This document shows positions 63,500 through 64,000 of a DNA stretch of 64,000 nucleotides, in pieces. Numbering within the stretch: position 1 is the first letter of the stretch; the number at the start of each line of letters is the position of its first letter. The notes under the pieces are model-generated. The model was not told the DNA's origin and made no database searches. It saw only the letters and a program-made list of their open reading frames with translations. This DNA is from Longimicrobiales bacterium (GTDB lineage Bacteria; Gemmatimonadota; Gemmatimonadetes; Longimicrobiales; Gaopeijiaceae). The stretch is taken from positions 1-64,000 of the forward strand of contig CBDCKN010000002.1 in the NCBI GenBank assembly GCA_965218295.1, written 5' to 3'. Position numbers and translations under genes: made by a program.

Positions 63500-64000
63500 G
63501 CAGATGAGTCGTTGCTGCTCGGGCCCCATGCGGGGCCAGGCGATGGTATGGACCCAGCCACGTCCCTCGGCGGTGAGCAACCGACCGCGGGGCAGGCAGA
63601 AGCCCAGAGAGTGGAGCTCGGCATGAATGCGCGACGCCGAGGAGGTCCGCATCCGGACGAGTCGGGCCCGGTGCCGGACGAGGGTGGCCTGCTCGCGTTG
63701 GCTGATGGGTTTGCAGTAGACCTCAGGGATGAGGCGCACGAGTTGCATGCGAGCGAGCAGCGTGGCGTCGATCGCATCGTTCTTGTAGTTGGCCTCGGCG
63801 ATCGCACGCAGCTTCTTCGCGTGGGCGAGCACGAAGCGACAATCCGGTCCGTTGAGCAACTCGTATAGCCAGGGCCAGGACGGACTCGTCTCGACGACGA
63901 CCTCGAGCGGCCGATAGGCATTCAGCAGCTCAACGAGCCGGTCGGACTCGGTGTTGCGGATGCGGAGCGGCTTTTGGACGAACGCTCCGTCATTGCTCAC
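63500..64000 (-). mobile_element. IS110-family transposase fragment (DEDD domain); start lies outside the window, C-terminal half missing
   Basis: VVVET, LAHAKKLRAIA, KNDAIDATLLAR, LVRHRARLVRMRT; no Tnp20 domain follows. Confidence 0.82.

Overview
GC-rich bacterial chromosomal window; gene content and order suggest Gemmatimonadota, but this is inference and unconfirmed. Bases 1-8.8 kb are a minus-strand housekeeping run: lysS (one frameshift), prfB (programmed +1 frameshift), a zinc-ribbon protein, a GGDEF protein, rnr, a PorV-like gene and era. A complete minus-strand rRNA operon follows (16S, tRNA-less spacer, 23S, 5S). Its 23S gene carries two group I introns at E. coli-equivalent positions 1917 (765 nt, with a LAGLIDADG homing endonuclease) and 1931 (314 nt, no ORF), separated by a 14-nt exon. 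Just beyond the rRNA terminator, on the opposite strand, lies a short structured element resembling a miniature 5S rRNA. Next come tRNA-His, a FolK-FolP fusion, a MoxR/DUF58/VWA operon and an aminopeptidase. An IS-rich stretch (IS-split cyclase-hydrolase gene, nested IS256 elements, a broken Ig/glycine-rich surface gene) ends at tRNA-Ile2. The right half has upp, pcm, rluB, scpAB, rpsT, pyrRBC, an NhaC-type transporter, tadA, gltX and ispG. It also has a LexA that lacks its self-cleavage residues but keeps an SOS-box-like operator, two inverted IS256 copies (one splitting a spermidine-synthase-like gene), a CDGSH protein, a 4x23-aa repeat mini-protein, two TenA paralogs, a GT-C-like membrane protein and a truncated IS110 transposase. 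A TA-flanked MITE-like repeat family recurs at stop codons. All calls come from reading the sequence and ORF track by eye; no database searches were run.
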